64,000 nucleotides of DNA from a virus, in IMG/VR virus record IMGVR_UViG_3300050015_000276, positions 1-64,000 of that record, one strand, 5' to 3'. The translations under genes were made by a program, and so were the position numbers. The notes beneath the pieces were generated by a model that did no database searches, was not told the origin of the DNA, and saw only the letters and a program-made list of their open reading frames with translations. This document shows, one piece after another, positions 1 through 8,900 of this stretch (position 1 is the stretch's first letter; each line of letters opens with the position of its first letter).

Positions 1-179
1 TAATAGGTTTTGGTGTATTTGTTATCGAGATAAATAGTATCAGGCATTTGTATTCCTTTCCAAAATACGAGTGCTTAGAGGACATGTGGTATTTCGGTAC
101 TACTTGTCCTCGATACTATTATTTATAATTTCAATAATTTATACTTGACAATTATTAATTTATAGTATAAAATATAATT

Positions 180-1346
180 ATGGGTAGAAAAAAACAAAAC
201 CGCATCGAAGTTATTAATGACGAAGGATTGATTTCCAAAAAGGCAATGAAAGATTCTTCAGTTGTTGCGTGGGGTAAAGAGCCAGATTTTCATCCCCTTA
301 ATCCCCTACTAACCGCCGAAGAAAAAACAATAGAAACGGAAATTGCATTAGCTGATGCTATAAATTGGTACAATGCCCTTTGTGGTGAAAAGAACATTAA
401 ATCTTTTTTTGTTGACTATGCTACCAAGAATTTTCCTTCTGAAGCTCCGAAACTCAAACATTTGGATACAGATCTCTTTATTTGTGGCACAGGACATACT
501 TACGGAATTGTTGCACGCCTTATAATGCGTGGCTGGCCTATCCGTGAACAGCATGTAGAGCGTCTGGAGGAATTGATTCGTGAATACTCTAAGATGGTTT
601 CCAAAAAGGAAGATAAACCAATAACCGTTAAGGCAAGAGATTCCAAGATTACAGAAGCGATTGGAATTGTTAACGGACAACTTGATGATTTTGGATTTGG
701 TTCTAAGAAAGGTTTTCCTGATACATGCCTGTCTAATGTAGTTTTGAAAATTGGTTGCTCTAATGCTCAACGTTTGAAAGTACAAGAACATTTTGTTCCT
801 ATGGTACTTGAATTAAAAGAAGTTATTGATGGAAAGAATGTTGAGATTAAGGAAGCATATACAGCTTACACAAAAGCCACTATTAAGAAAATTTATGATT
901 GGTTGACAGGTATGCCTTCTGTTGATGTTCTACAAATTACAAAAAAAGTCCGGAAAGCACGAAAGAAAAAAGTCAAAACTGCGGCACAATTATTGAAGAA
1001 TTTTAAGTGCCAGGTATATGATGACGAATTGAAAATCAATTCTATAAATCCAGAATCTATTATTGGCGCCCAACAGTTGTGGGTGTTCAATACCAAGACT
1101 AGAAAACTTGGAGTGTATTATGCCTCGGATGAAAAGGGACTTAGTATTTCTCGTATGTCCATTGATAATTACGATGAAGCTACAAGTTTCAGTAAGAAAA
1201 TCCGTAAACCTAAGGAAGTTGTACCGCAGGTTATTTCTGCTGGCAAAGTAGCATTACGGCATATGCTTGAAGATATCCGGGCAACAAAGTCTCCGATGAA
1301 AGGACGAGTTGGTGGTGTTGTATTACTTTTGAGAGTGGTAAAATAA
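180..1346 (+). CDS. Conserved hypothetical protein of large T4-like myoviruses
   Basis: 388-aa ORF behind TTGACA(145)-17-TAAAAT promoter; C-terminal QLWVFNTKTRKLGVY...KKIRKP resembles a family seen in T4-like phages. Confidence 0.6.
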   Translation: MGRKKQNRIEVINDEGLISKKAMKDSSVVAWGKEPDFHPLNPLLTAEEKTIETEIALADAINWYNALCGEKNIKSFFVDYATKNFPSEAPKLKHLDTDLFICGTGHTYGIVARLIMRGWPIREQHVERLEELIREYSKMVSKKEDKPITVKARDSKITEAIGIVNGQLDDFGFGSKKGFPDTCLSNVVLKIGCSNAQRLKVQEHFVPMVLELKEVIDGKNVEIKEAYTAYTKATIKKIYDWLTGMPSVDVLQITKKVRKARKKKVKTAAQLLKNFKCQVYDDELKINSINPESIIGAQQLWVFNTKTRKLGVYYASDEKGLSISRMSIDNYDEATSFSKKIRKPKEVVPQVISAGKVALRHMLEDIRATKSPMKGRVGGVVLLLRVVK

Positions 1347-1347
1347 T

Positions 1348-1698
1348 ATGGAACAAAATACAAATAATGTGAGCGTAGGAGAATATCAACTTGATCCTGT
1401 GGTTGCGTCCACAATTGTAAAACGACAGATTGTAGGTTCAGAAATTATGTCTGGAGTTGTAATGAACTCCGTAATTGATCCATTGGGAGTATTTTTTATT
1501 AATGATATTCCAAAGCGCACATCAAAAATGGAAGAAGAATGGATCCAATTTTTGATTGCATATTACAAAAAGGCTATTTATGGAAAGGCATATCGAGAAA
1601 TAGATTATCGAAGATGGGCAATAACTACTCTTGATGAAGAACTTAGAGGACTGGGAGATTATTTTAGTCGGAGTCAATATGTTCCAGAAACACTATGA
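1348..1698 (+). CDS. Hypothetical protein
   Basis: 116-aa ORF starting 1 nt after the previous stop. Confidence 0.6.
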   Translation: MEQNTNNVSVGEYQLDPVVASTIVKRQIVGSEIMSGVVMNSVIDPLGVFFINDIPKRTSKMEEEWIQFLIAYYKKAIYGKAYREIDYRRWAITTLDEELRGLGDYFSRSQYVPETL

Positions 1699-1852
1699 TA
1701 TTACCTGTCACATTTGTGGTGAGTATATAAATCCAGATGGAACTGGTTGTCCAAATCATCAAGATGACGATGATACTTTTATTGATGATTTGGAAGATGT
1801 GAGACCTGGTGTAGATTATTTTCTTGAGGATGATTATGAGGACTTCAATTGA
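1679..1852 (+). CDS. Small acidic protein with CHIC...CPNH motif (possible Zn finger)
   Basis: ATG at 1679 within track ORF 1631-1852; CxxC plus C/H, Asp-rich tail. Confidence 0.45.
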   Translation: MFQKHYDITCHICGEYINPDGTGCPNHQDDDDTFIDDLEDVRPGVDYFLEDDYEDFN

Positions 1853-2066
1853 ACTTAGACCTATTGCACCTGCCGCAATTGCTGCTGGTATTGTTGATGT
1901 ACGTGGATTGCAGATAAGTGAAACCAAGAAAGTGGTTTTTCTTATAGTTGATCCTGAAATGATGGATGACGATTTTATAGCCAAAGAAGCCAAAGATTAT
2001 TGGATCTTAGCTAAATATACTAGTAAGAATGAAACAACGAATGAACCTATTTCACAAACTCCTTAA
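1824..2066 (+). CDS. Hypothetical protein (start uncertain)
   Basis: ORF fills the gap in a tightly packed + strand run. Confidence 0.45.
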   Translation: MRMIMRTSIELRPIAPAAIAAGIVDVRGLQISETKKVVFLIVDPEMMDDDFIAKEAKDYWILAKYTSKNETTNEPISQTP

Positions 2067-2475
2067 ATTACTAAAATTCTCTCCAAAAAAGAAATTAATA
2101 TACGTTTCACCAATCGGTGCACCTACCTATAATATTCGTGAAGGACGAATGGTAGATTCTTTGGCCAATCCTGATGTATTACAGATGCTTGTTAGGACTC
2201 AAGGAGAATGTATTGTACCAAATGATTACGATACCATAGAAGATCTTGCCGGTATGATAAGTAATGCCGCCTGCGATCATGAATTTCCACGAATCATAAT
2301 GTATCCAATTGATAGTATCCGCCGAACAAAAGTTTTGGATCTTATTAAAAAGGATCATATTAATTATCCGATGTATGAATATCTTGAGGCAAATATTGTT
2401 GGCAACGACGATTTAAATTCCAAAACAATTATTTATAAATATGGAGGCAAAACACATCATGTTAAACCTATTTAA
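2029..2475 (+). CDS. Hypothetical protein
   Basis: 148-aa ORF in operon context. Confidence 0.55.
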   Translation: MKQRMNLFHKLLKLLKFSPKKKLIYVSPIGAPTYNIREGRMVDSLANPDVLQMLVRTQGECIVPNDYDTIEDLAGMISNAACDHEFPRIIMYPIDSIRRTKVLDLIKKDHINYPMYEYLEANIVGNDDLNSKTIIYKYGGKTHHVKPI

Positions 2476-2683
2476 ATTAATTGCCAAGATTAAACGCCAC
2501 TATAATAAACGACCACCTGGTATTTGGATGCCTCCGCCTGAAGATTGTATTTTAGTTTCATATCACACTACTAGAGATGGTATCCAAACCGTATCAACAT
2601 TCCATGATCCTTTTGTTTGTAATGGTGAATGCTCTCGTGGTTGGAAGTATGGTCTTTTAGACCAAGAAGATAATAGTATTTAG
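2441..2683 (+). CDS. Hypothetical protein
   Basis: 80-aa ORF overlapping the previous stop. Confidence 0.45.
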   Translation: MEAKHIMLNLFKLIAKIKRHYNKRPPGIWMPPPEDCILVSYHTTRDGIQTVSTFHDPFVCNGECSRGWKYGLLDQEDNSI

Positions 2684-2692
2684 GTGATTTGA

Positions 2693-2899
2693 ATGAAAAA
2701 TGACAATTGGTTTGAACCCTTGACGCCAGAACAGTATGAAGATTTAAAGCCATTTTTCGAGCAACCGGAATCCTTGTTATTAGACGGTGGTAAATATGTA
2801 GGTCTGCTTTGTGATTTACGGTTCTGTGGACGGCTTGGAATCAGCGCACCAGATGGCATTGATGCTAGTGTCGAAATATTTAATGTGATGAGTCATTGA
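2693..2899 (+). CDS. Hypothetical protein
   Basis: 68-aa ORF preceded by AGGTGA Shine-Dalgarno. Confidence 0.5.
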   Translation: MKNDNWFEPLTPEQYEDLKPFFEQPESLLLDGGKYVGLLCDLRFCGRLGISAPDGIDASVEIFNVMSH

Positions 2900-2939
2900 C
2901 ATCCGAGAATATAAATGTTATACTGTATTAGAGGCTGCA

Positions 2940-3884
2940 ATGATACTTGTCGATTATAATCAGGTTTGTATTTCCAATTTATTTCTCTGCTATCAACCCA
3001 CAATGAAAGTTTCTCCATATACGGTAAGCGTGACAATAGAATTGCCAGATATGAAGAATGAAACTTCTACTTTAAATTACCCTGGTATTCCGGGTCCTTC
3101 TCCTGAAATGAATGTCGATTTTCTCCGCCACATGGTGCTTAATAGCCTTCGATATTATCGTACTAAATTTGGAAATAAATATGGTCGATTAGTTATCTGT
3201 GCTGATAACAGACATTACTGGCGTAAGGATGTATTCGAGTATTATAAAGCTGGACGAAAGAAAAATCGTGATAAGTCTCCATTAGATTGGAACATGATTT
3301 TTGATACCTTGAATAAACTCCGAGAAGAAATTTCGGAATATTTACCATATCAAGTACTTAATGTTGATGGTTGTGAAGCTGATGATTTAATTGGAGTTCT
3401 TGCCAAGAAAAATCATACGGCTGAGAAGATCTTAGTATTATCAGGAGATAGAGATTTCATCCAGCTTCAGAAGTGGCCGAATATAGAACAGTATGCGGCC
3501 ATACAAAAACAATTTTTGAATACTGATAATCCTGTAGAATATCTCCGAGAGCATATTATGTTAGGTGATTCTGGAGATGGTATTCCGAATTTCAAATCTG
3601 CCGATGATATTTTTGTTTCTGGAGGACGTCAAACATCAATTCGGAAAAGTGATCTTGCTAGGTGGGTTAAAGAATCTAAACCAGAAAACTTTTGTGATAT
3701 TGGTATGCTCCGCGGATACCGAAGAAATCAAACATTGATCGATCTAGATTTTATTCCAAAAGAAATACAAAAGGCAATTGTAGATGCGTTTGATAAACCT
3801 TTTACTGAATCGCGGAAAAAGTTATTTGATTATTTTGTGCGATTTAAGTTATCCAATTTAATGGATCATATACAGGAATTCTGA
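2940..3884 (+). CDS. rnh: T4-type RNase H / 5'-3' exonuclease (FEN family)
   Basis: MILVDYNQV, LVICADNRHYWRK..F.YYKA.RKK, EADDLIG, SGDRDFIQL, GDSGDGIPN motifs; TTGACA(2896)-17-TATACT promoter. Confidence 0.95.
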   Translation: MILVDYNQVCISNLFLCYQPTMKVSPYTVSVTIELPDMKNETSTLNYPGIPGPSPEMNVDFLRHMVLNSLRYYRTKFGNKYGRLVICADNRHYWRKDVFEYYKAGRKKNRDKSPLDWNMIFDTLNKLREEISEYLPYQVLNVDGCEADDLIGVLAKKNHTAEKILVLSGDRDFIQLQKWPNIEQYAAIQKQFLNTDNPVEYLREHIMLGDSGDGIPNFKSADDIFVSGGRQTSIRKSDLARWVKESKPENFCDIGMLRGYRRNQTLIDLDFIPKEIQKAIVDAFDKPFTESRKKLFDYFVRFKLSNLMDHIQEF

Positions 3885-4318
3885 TGGCAAAAACAATAGA
3901 GGATCTCATGAGTTTAAAAATTATTCCGGAAATTTTCGATGAAGTTAGAAACTGCGGTACGTCTGAAGAAGTAAAGAAAGTTTTATGGAGTAATCAATCT
4001 CCGGCACTAAAACTTTTATTTCAATATGTTTTCCGTCCAGAATCCGCATTCACAATAACAGAACTACCAGCATTCAGGCCGGATCCGGGCCCGATCGGTC
4101 TTAGCCCATCTTCACTAAATTATGAATTGGGGCGGTTCTATGTCCTACAAGATGTCAAACAAATTCCTCTAAAGAAGAAGCAGGAAATTCTTGTTCGAAT
4201 TCTTCAAAGTATTCATCCTTCTGAGGCTGTTTTAGTTGGACAAATTATTAAGAAGGATCTTGGTATTCCACTATTGACAAAAGAATTGGTACAGAGTCTT
4301 TGGCCTTATCTATTTTAA
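3884..4318 (+). CDS. Conserved T4-like phage protein usually found next to rnh
   Basis: Overlaps the rnh stop; EILQSIHPSEA.L...IIKKDL pattern. Confidence 0.65.
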   Translation: MAKTIEDLMSLKIIPEIFDEVRNCGTSEEVKKVLWSNQSPALKLLFQYVFRPESAFTITELPAFRPDPGPIGLSPSSLNYELGRFYVLQDVKQIPLKKKQEILVRILQSIHPSEAVLVGQIIKKDLGIPLLTKELVQSLWPYLF

Positions 4319-4412
4319 AATGCCTAAGTGTGAAAATCATCCAAGAAATGAAAGTTTTTACTGGGATTCATTACATAAATTTTCTTTGTGTTTTGTATGA
4401 AAAGAAAACTTT

Positions 4413-4994
4413 ATGAAAGAAACTGAAGAAATTTATGTATCAATTGATATTGAGGCCGATGGTAAAGTTCCCGGTCTCAGTTCAATGATTAATTTTGGTG
4501 CCGCTTTTTATTTTAATAATGGAGATTTCATTGATTCATACGAGGCAAACCTTTCACCTCTTCCTCCACCAGCATCTCCCAATCCCGAAACAACTCAATG
4601 GTGGGAGCAGCAATTTGCCAAAAATCCTAAATTAAAAGATTTTCTAAATTTTAATGTCCGGCCGGCACGGGTTGTGATGCCTGATTTTCTTAAATTTAGT
4701 GAATCTGTCGGTGCTCTTTATAAAAAGCCAATGACTGTAATTGCTTATCCGGCTGGGTTTGATTGGACCTGGATGTATTGGTATCTCATTCGATTTACAG
4801 GCAAGTCACCATTTGGGTTTTCATGCCTGGATATTAAATCGTATGCTGCGGCTAAAATGAATTGCGATTATCGACATGCCGTAAAACGTAATATGCCTAA
4901 GGATTGGTTTGATAAGAAACTGAAACACAATCATACTGGGCTAGCAGACTGTCAGGAACAAGCATCACTTTTCTTTTCCATGCGGAATGCATAA
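4413..4994 (+). CDS. DEDDh 3'-5' exonuclease (Rv2179c/DUF5051-like)
   Basis: SIDIEADG (ExoI), FDW (ExoII), HTGLAD (ExoIII H-x4-D). Confidence 0.85.
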   Translation: MKETEEIYVSIDIEADGKVPGLSSMINFGAAFYFNNGDFIDSYEANLSPLPPPASPNPETTQWWEQQFAKNPKLKDFLNFNVRPARVVMPDFLKFSESVGALYKKPMTVIAYPAGFDWTWMYWYLIRFTGKSPFGFSCLDIKSYAAAKMNCDYRHAVKRNMPKDWFDKKLKHNHTGLADCQEQASLFFSMRNA

Positions 4995-5050
4995 AATCAT
5001 TGACATTCAAGAATACCTGTGATAGAATAGTTTTATATGAGGCATTCAAA

Positions 5051-5419
5051 ATGTTAGAGAATAACGACCATTATTCAGACGTACCAGGAGCATACGCTCA
5101 AATTCTTCAAAATTGTATTGATGATGCCTACCGGTTTTGGGGAACAGAATTAGGAGCTATCCAAGATATAAGGCTGTGGACTCAAAAATGGCCAAATAGT
5201 TCATGTGGGTTTTCAACTGCGAAATTTGCCAATGCAACTCCAACATTGGCGCCTACAATAGTAATTAAGTTTGACAATTTACACCGTCTGGTATATCATG
5301 GTGGAGATTTAGCATATAGATTAATTGGTAAACCAACTCTGGAATATTATGATGCTGTTAGGGCCCGTAAATTACCCGGAGCAAACGAAATCATCAAAGA
5401 TTACTACGTTAAAAATTAA
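5051..5419 (+). CDS. Hypothetical protein
   Basis: The track start TTG at 5000 is a -35 box (TTGACA-17-TAGAAT); ATG 5051 has a GAGG SD. Confidence 0.6.
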   Translation: MLENNDHYSDVPGAYAQILQNCIDDAYRFWGTELGAIQDIRLWTQKWPNSSCGFSTAKFANATPTLAPTIVIKFDNLHRLVYHGGDLAYRLIGKPTLEYYDAVRARKLPGANEIIKDYYVKN

Positions 5420-5719
5420 ATGTTGCATATTCTTACTAACCTGCCTGATATTATTAATGGCTCTTTTGAATGCTTTGGAGGAGTTTTTCTTTGTCTCAAC
5501 ATAAAAACGTTATTGAGGGATAAAAGAGTTACGGGAATTCACTGGGGAAGTACCATTTTCTTTACTTCTTGGGGATTATGGAATTTATTTTATTATCCTC
5601 ATTTAGGTCAAATGTTAAGTTTTGCTGGTGGTATTTTCATTTGCGTTGCTAATATCATTTGGGGATGTTTGCGAGTTTATTACCATTACAGAAATAAAAG
5701 GCTAAATATTAGTGAATAA
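5420..5719 (+). CDS. Three-TM membrane protein, PQ-loop/SemiSWEET-like
   Basis: 99 aa, three hydrophobic helices, RDKRVTGIHW loop after TM1. Confidence 0.55.
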   Translation: MLHILTNLPDIINGSFECFGGVFLCLNIKTLLRDKRVTGIHWGSTIFFTSWGLWNLFYYPHLGQMLSFAGGIFICVANIIWGCLRVYYHYRNKRLNISE

Positions 5720-5723
5720 TTTA

Positions 5724-5795
5724 CGGAGTGTAGCCTAGCGGCCAGGCACTTGTTTTGGGAACAAGTTCACGCAAGTTCGATTCTTGCCACTCCGA
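5724..5795 (+). tRNA. trnP: tRNA-Pro (anticodon TGG), CCA not encoded
   Basis: CGGAGTG/CACTCCG acceptor, GCCT/AGGC D stem, CTTGT-TTTGGGA-ACAAG anticodon arm, GCAAG-TTCGATT-CTTGC T arm. Confidence 0.95.
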
Positions 5796-5847
5796 CAATA
5801 TTTTAATAGGAGTCATATGAAGCTTCATTAAGATAAGGAGCATCAAA

Positions 5848-6042
5848 GTGGCACGAAAGAAAAGCGTAATTAGAGGTTGTGGCTGTTTTAGTTGTAGATG
5901 GGGAATGCATAATTCTTCCTGGGGAAAAGCCCAAGTTAAGAATGCGGTACAAAAAGTACGTCATCATACTAAAGCAGCATTGGCAATTGGAGATTATGAC
6001 AAGGCAACAGATTTTATGACTAGCACTGGTTATACGGACTAG
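5848..6042 (+). CDS. Small basic hypothetical protein (CGCFSC motif)
   Basis: GTG start with AAGGAG SD. Confidence 0.6.
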   Translation: MARKKSVIRGCGCFSCRWGMHNSSWGKAQVKNAVQKVRHHTKAALAIGDYDKATDFMTSTGYTD

Positions 6043-6140
6043 TCATTCCACTCGGTTTAATATTCGGTAACGGTTTTAATGTCCCATAGTCGTTTACTTG
6101 GTTTAATAAATGGTACAGGATTTATTTTAAGAAATTGACG

Positions 6141-6420
6141 GTATTATTCGTGTATTACCCTATTTGGGTTGCGAACAAGAAGAGGCTGCGATGCCTCCAT
6201 CTCCACCATCTCCTCCATAATTAAAGTTTTATTATGTGGGGATGAACTAGAATCGATTGGCGTTAATCAGGATATGGGGACGAATACGTGAAGTGCTCAC
6301 GATAAACAGAACAAAACAACAAACGACGAAAGCAATTTCTCGTACTTGCAAATGGCCGCCTAAAGCGGTTCAAGCAGCGCGCCCGGAGGAGCGGGGACCA
6401 GAATCCTCCACTTTCACTTT
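6141..6420 (+). ncRNA. ssrA: Circularly permuted (two-piece) tmRNA
   Basis: T arm + CATCTCC-A-CCA (6182-6208) lies upstream of GGGGATG (6238-6244), giving a G3:U70 acceptor; tag frame ...TNDESNFSYLQMAA-TAA (6319-6363); outer ends approximate. Confidence 0.85.
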
Positions 6421-6476
6421 CCAAAATAATTTTAAAATATCTCCACCTTAAACTCCTAGTTGTGCTATATATTAAT

Positions 6477-7274
6477 ATGAGACAATTAAGACTAGTACTC
6501 TTAATATCTCTATTCTGGATATTTGTGATATATTATGTTTTTATGACACAAAAATCTGGTCAGGTAGCGTTAGTAACACCAATTAATAAAGTAACAGGAG
6601 TAACTACCGAGGATCAAATTAACTGTCTTAGCTCTGCCATCTACTATGAATCAACTAAAGATCTTGATGCTCAAATTACAGCAGCAAAGAACTTGATTAA
6701 TAGTAGTAACGATTACATGAATGTTTGCACTGATCTGTCAATGCATTATCATGAGAATTGGATAGAGATATCAAAACAGAAAAACGATCAATCGATTATA
6801 GTGGCCAGAAATATCTACTGGTTACGCTTCCATTCAACCCAAGAACAAGGTATCAATTTAATTATTAGGTCTGAAGGTTTTGCAAACCATGCCTATAATG
6901 ATGTTGGATACTATTCCATAGGATTTGGTACACTTTTACGCAATAAAAAATTGTACGATGCCTATCGGTATAAAATTATAGATCAAGACGAAGGCGAAAG
7001 GCTTCTAATTGATGAAGTAATTAATATTGAAGTGGCTTTAAAATCTATGGTCAAAGTACCATTAACACCAAATCAAGAGGCAGCATTAACCTCATTCTGC
7101 TATAATGTAGGTCTCACACATTTTGTTTATTCCAAAATGTTAAATCTATTAAATGCGGGTCAATATGCTAATGCTGCTAATGAATTTCAAAGATGGAATT
7201 TAGTAAAAAGAAAAGTGTCGGAAGGTTTGGTTGCTCGCCGAGCCGCAGAAAGAAAACTTTTCTTGAAAAACTAG
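6477..7274 (+). CDS. Membrane-anchored GH24 lysozyme (endolysin-like) with SleB-like remnant
   Basis: N-terminal TM helix; LIIRSEGF..HAYND.GYYSIGFG (E-x8-D triad); LTPNQEAALTSFCYNVG; GLVARRAAERKLF. Confidence 0.85.
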   Translation: MRQLRLVLLISLFWIFVIYYVFMTQKSGQVALVTPINKVTGVTTEDQINCLSSAIYYESTKDLDAQITAAKNLINSSNDYMNVCTDLSMHYHENWIEISKQKNDQSIIVARNIYWLRFHSTQEQGINLIIRSEGFANHAYNDVGYYSIGFGTLLRNKKLYDAYRYKIIDQDEGERLLIDEVINIEVALKSMVKVPLTPNQEAALTSFCYNVGLTHFVYSKMLNLLNAGQYANAANEFQRWNLVKRKVSEGLVARRAAERKLFLKN

Positions 7275-7303
7275 TTGCAATCCATTTTTATTCATGATAT
7301 AAT
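7275..7303 (+). promoter_or_regulatory. Sigma70-type promoter of the gp33-gp59 unit
   Basis: TTGCAA-17 nt-TATAAT with TG extension. Confidence 0.7.
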
Positions 7304-7361
7304 GTAATTATACGGTCGAGGTACTATACTAGATGCTTCGACCGTATAATTGGATTCATAA

Positions 7362-7610
7362 ATGAACAATACCAAAAGTGAAGTTTTCGAAACATTATTC
7401 ATAGATCACCCTTTATTCGATATTAGTGCATCCTCATTTGCATTAGAAATTGAAAAAGTAGTAAAGACGGAAAAGGTGGACTATTTGGCGGCAGTTTGCC
7501 AACTGTGTGAACGATATGAGATTGATTTCTCAGCCGTACCAAAACTTATTACTCCAACAATGCGAGATAAAATCGAAGTGGCGGCGACTGATAGAAAGTT
7601 TAGGATATAA
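7362..7610 (+). CDS. gp33: Late transcription coactivator gp33
   Basis: FALEIEKVV...DYLAAV...CERYEID...VPKLIT..MRDKIE..A; lies just before gp59. Confidence 0.85.
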   Translation: MNNTKSEVFETLFIDHPLFDISASSFALEIEKVVKTEKVDYLAAVCQLCERYEIDFSAVPKLITPTMRDKIEVAATDRKFRI

Positions 7611-7613
7611 AAT

Positions 7614-7799
7614 ATGTTTGTACAATTTAAACCAGATTTAACTAATCCAAATGAACTGCTTGGTGATTCAGTAGTTAGGGCTTGTTGGTACGCCTATAAT
7701 GCTGGAAAAAATAATGAATGTCTCAAAAGTGTAGGTTTTAGTGGGTGCGAAGAATTTCAAAATTTTCGTGTCATTCTGGAGATTAATGAAGGACAATGA
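7614..7799 (+). CDS. Hypothetical protein
   Basis: 61-aa ORF, ATGA overlap with gp59. Confidence 0.55.
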   Translation: MFVQFKPDLTNPNELLGDSVVRACWYAYNAGKNNECLKSVGFSGCEEFQNFRVILEINEGQ

Positions 7800-8419
7800 T
7801 TCCGTTCGAGGCATTTGAGCTTTACATTGCCATAAAACAACACTTCACCAAACCTTCCTACGATTTTTTCAAATATAACGGCAAAACAACCGCATCAGTT
7901 TCCAAATTTGAATCTCGTCCAGACAAATCTTTCTTCTACAAAATTTCCAAAAAATATTCCAGATCTAAACTAATAGATCTTTATGTTGCCAATTTTGTCG
8001 ATAGCCCAGAACTCTGGATAGGCGATCTATTAGACGATACGGCCGAAGCCATATACACCGAATGGCAAAAAAAGATTGAAAGTCTTTCATACCATTTTTC
8101 TGAACAGTGTGATGGATTTTTATCTTGGACAGAATCTAAAGGAATGAAATTCAATGAATTATTCCAAATACATGATGCCGATCACCCAGTCATTCTCAAG
8201 ATGGCACTCCAAAGGATCTTATCTCTTGAATCGTTTCTTATCCTCAATAGGATACTTAATTTTGGAAAGAACTTCAATAGAAAACTAGACGATATAGTTT
8301 GGAAAGACTTTTGGTTCCGTGCCTGCAAATATGATTCGTTTCTGATAAATATAGAGAAGGAGAAATACAAATCAATTCTCCGATCTAAAATAGAAACGGA
8401 ATACCCAAATGTTACATAG
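7796..8419 (+). CDS. gp59: Helicase loader gp59
   Basis: PFEAFELYIAIKQHFTKPSYDFFKYNGKT...FESRPDKSFFYKISKKY; synteny gp33-gp59-gp32. Confidence 0.92.
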   Translation: MIPFEAFELYIAIKQHFTKPSYDFFKYNGKTTASVSKFESRPDKSFFYKISKKYSRSKLIDLYVANFVDSPELWIGDLLDDTAEAIYTEWQKKIESLSYHFSEQCDGFLSWTESKGMKFNELFQIHDADHPVILKMALQRILSLESFLILNRILNFGKNFNRKLDDIVWKDFWFRACKYDSFLINIEKEKYKSILRSKIETEYPNVT

Positions 8420-8609
8420 TGATTTAATACTCCATTATAATTCAGTTTGTGAAAAGCATAAGGAGATGAAAGAACAACGAGATAAAGCCATTGAACGTGC
8501 CAATATTGCAATAGCATTAAATGGATGTTTTGAAGTAGAATTGGCAGGCCTTCGGCAAGAACTTAAAGAAGCATATCGAGAAATATCGGAACTTAAACAT
8601 GGCAGATAA
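8409..8609 (+). CDS. Small coiled-coil protein
   Basis: Heptad pattern; overlaps both neighbours. Confidence 0.5.
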   Translation: MLHSDLILHYNSVCEKHKEMKEQRDKAIERANIAIALNGCFEVELAGLRQELKEAYREISELKHGR

Positions 8610-8787
8610 TCCATATTACACAAAAGTTACATTAGAAACTAATGACCGAAGACTAATTGAAAGAATTACTAGATTATTTAAGGAATATCCACAACACGAT
8701 TATCTCCTTACAATAGAACAAAGACCACGAAAATCTTCAGAAACTCCTATTCTTCTTACGGAAGAATTGGGAGATAATATTGATTAA
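8599..8787 (+). CDS. Hypothetical protein
   Basis: 62-aa ORF in operon. Confidence 0.5.
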   Translation: MADNPYYTKVTLETNDRRLIERITRLFKEYPQHDYLLTIEQRPRKSSETPILLTEELGDNID

Positions 8788-8900
8788 AGTCCTTGACAAT
8801 CTTCAAGGATTATGTTATACTAAATAAATTCAAGTAGTACCTACATTATGATTTGTTTGTGAACAAGACCAAAAATAAAATACAGGAAACAATACAAACA

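Noticed and set aside
2990-3110. About 35-aa Pro-rich insertion near the RNase H N-terminus as a possible intein or intron
   Set aside because: Too short, no C/S...HN intein ends, frame intact; likely a variable loop
6257-6451. 64-aa ORF MALIRIWG...
   Set aside because: Lies entirely within the tmRNA coding piece and in a different frame from the tag; no SD
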